From the IMG/VR virus record IMGVR_UViG_2563366953_000003: a DNA stretch of 46,537 nt. One strand, given 5' to 3'. Within the stretch, counting starts at the first letter, position 1. Every line of letters starts with the position of its first letter. The notes beneath the pieces are model-generated. The model did no database searches. It was not told the DNA's origin and was given only the letters and a program-made list of their open reading frames with translations. Both the position numbers and the translations under genes were made by a program. This DNA is from a virus. Its lineage: Duplodnaviria > Heunggongvirae > Uroviricota > Caudoviricetes. Of the stretch, positions 45,510 to 46,537 are shown piece after piece.

Positions 45510-46537
45510 TGAGCAGAACACGAAAAAACGCGGAAGATAATAAGCTGCCACCCCGCGTTTATAAAAACAAATACAGCTATTATTTCAAACCAACGCCCCG
45601 AGAGTGTATTACGCTGGGTAAAATTAATGATCTGTCAATTGCTCAGGTATGGGTGAAATACGAAGAGATCCTGAATGATGCTATTGATGTCATGACGTTC
45701 AGTAAACTCTGGAACAAATTTCTCAACAGCACCTACTATCTGGAACTCGGTCAGCGTACACAAAAGGATTATCTGCAGCACCAGAAGAAATTACTCGCAG
45801 CGTTCGGGAAAATGAAAGCCGACAACATAAAACCTGCTCACGTGCGGCTGTATATGGACAAGCGGGGGCTGAAAAGCAAAACACAGGCGAATCATGAAAA
45901 AGCCAGTATGTCGCGAGTATTCCGCTGGGGATACGAACGCGGATATGTAAAAGGGAATCCATGCCAGGGCGTCAGTAAATTTTCCCTCAAGGCACGCGAC
46001 TACTATTTCACGGACGAGGAATATATCGCAATTTATCAGGAGGCATCTCCCGTTTTACAGTGCGCGATGGAGATCGCCTATCTGTGCGCCACGCGGATCG
46101 GCGATATACGAAAGCTGACGTGGGATCAGGTAATGAGTAAGGGGTTGTTTATCCAACAGGGTAAGACTGGTAAAAAGCAGATCAAACAGTATTCAGAGCG
46201 ACTGATGTTCGCACTTGAGCAGGCGAAATCGTTGGGAGGACAACATTTCGTGGTCTGTAACAAATATGGTGGGCAATACAGCTATACCGGATTTAACGAT
46301 ATCTGGCGTAAAGCCAGGGCGGCGGCAAGTGAAAAACTGGGCTACCCGATTACGGGAACGTTTCACGATTTAAAAGCGAAGGGGATCTCAGACTACGACG
46401 GAAGCAGTAAAGAAAAGCAGTTGTTCTCTGGTCACAAAACAGAGGCGCAAGTGCTGACGTATGATCGCAAACCCTCAGTAACTCCGACTCTGGATATTCC
46501 GGTGCTGGATGTCACAGTTCTGAGCAGAAACCCGTGA
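45509..46537 (+). CDS. int: Tyrosine integrase (lambda Int family)
   Basis: 342 aa; C-terminal catalytic region HDLKAKG...GHKTEAQVLTYDRK parallels lambda Int (GHKSDTMASQYRDDRG). Stop codon at the window end. Confidence 0.85.
   Translation: MSRTRKNAEDNKLPPRVYKNKYSYYFKPTPRECITLGKINDLSIAQVWVKYEEILNDAIDVMTFSKLWNKFLNSTYYLELGQRTQKDYLQHQKKLLAAFGKMKADNIKPAHVRLYMDKRGLKSKTQANHEKASMSRVFRWGYERGYVKGNPCQGVSKFSLKARDYYFTDEEYIAIYQEASPVLQCAMEIAYLCATRIGDIRKLTWDQVMSKGLFIQQGKTGKKQIKQYSERLMFALEQAKSLGGQHFVVCNKYGGQYSYTGFNDIWRKARAAASEKLGYPITGTFHDLKAKGISDYDGSSKEKQLFSGHKTEAQVLTYDRKPSVTPTLDIPVLDVTVLSRNP

Larger units (their letters stand above)
1..46537. mobile_element. Prophage segment: lambdoid early, replication, lysis and head genes joined to a P2-like contractile tail module; integrase at right end
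   Basis: Contiguous phage gene modules in canonical order (int, xis-like, repressor/cro, replication, nin, Q, lysis, cos, terminase, head, tail). Neither att site is visible inside the window. Confidence 0.85.

Overview
The window is almost entirely a temperate-phage (prophage) genome segment with a mosaic architecture. Calls rest on reading the supplied ORF translations and the DNA by eye; no database search was run. Right to left, in the direction of late transcription: a lambda-type tyrosine integrase and excisionase-like gene at the right end (45.3-46.5 kb; att must lie beyond the window), a plus-strand early-left operon (41.8-45.3 kb) containing a 737-aa protein and a Gp157-like protein, a long structured untranslated leader (40.9-41.8 kb), an immunity region with a CI-like repressor, divergent Cro-like gene and TTACAA/TTGTAA operator dyads (40.0-40.9 kb), a replication module with an O-like initiator carrying four 15-bp iterons and a DnaB-family helicase (36.8-39.3 kb), nin-like small genes and an antirepressor (34.4-36.7 kb), an AT-rich foreign island with four cargo genes (29.0-34.4 kb), an ImmA-like metallopeptidase plus membrane protein pair on the opposite strand (27.8-29.0 kb), more nin-like genes, a Q-like antiterminator with a late-promoter/terminator signature, a lysis cassette (22.8-24.2 kb), a candidate cos site, lambda-type packaging and head genes (Nu1, A, W, B, C, D, E, FI, FII homologues; 13.4-21.2 kb), and then a complete P2-type contractile tail module in P2 gene order (V, W, J, I, H, sheath, tube, E, T, U, X, D; 2.3-12.2 kb), followed by a 608-aa tail-operon-coupled protein and a lipoprotein. 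The most promising candidates for undescribed biology are the AT-rich island (a PD-(D/E)xK-like 450-aa protein, a 299-aa protein, and a methyltransferase plus polytopic membrane protein operon), the ImmA-like peptidase plus membrane protein pair, the N-less structured early leader, and the 608-aa protein appended to the tail operon. My own coordinates for non-coding elements may be off by 1-2 bp.
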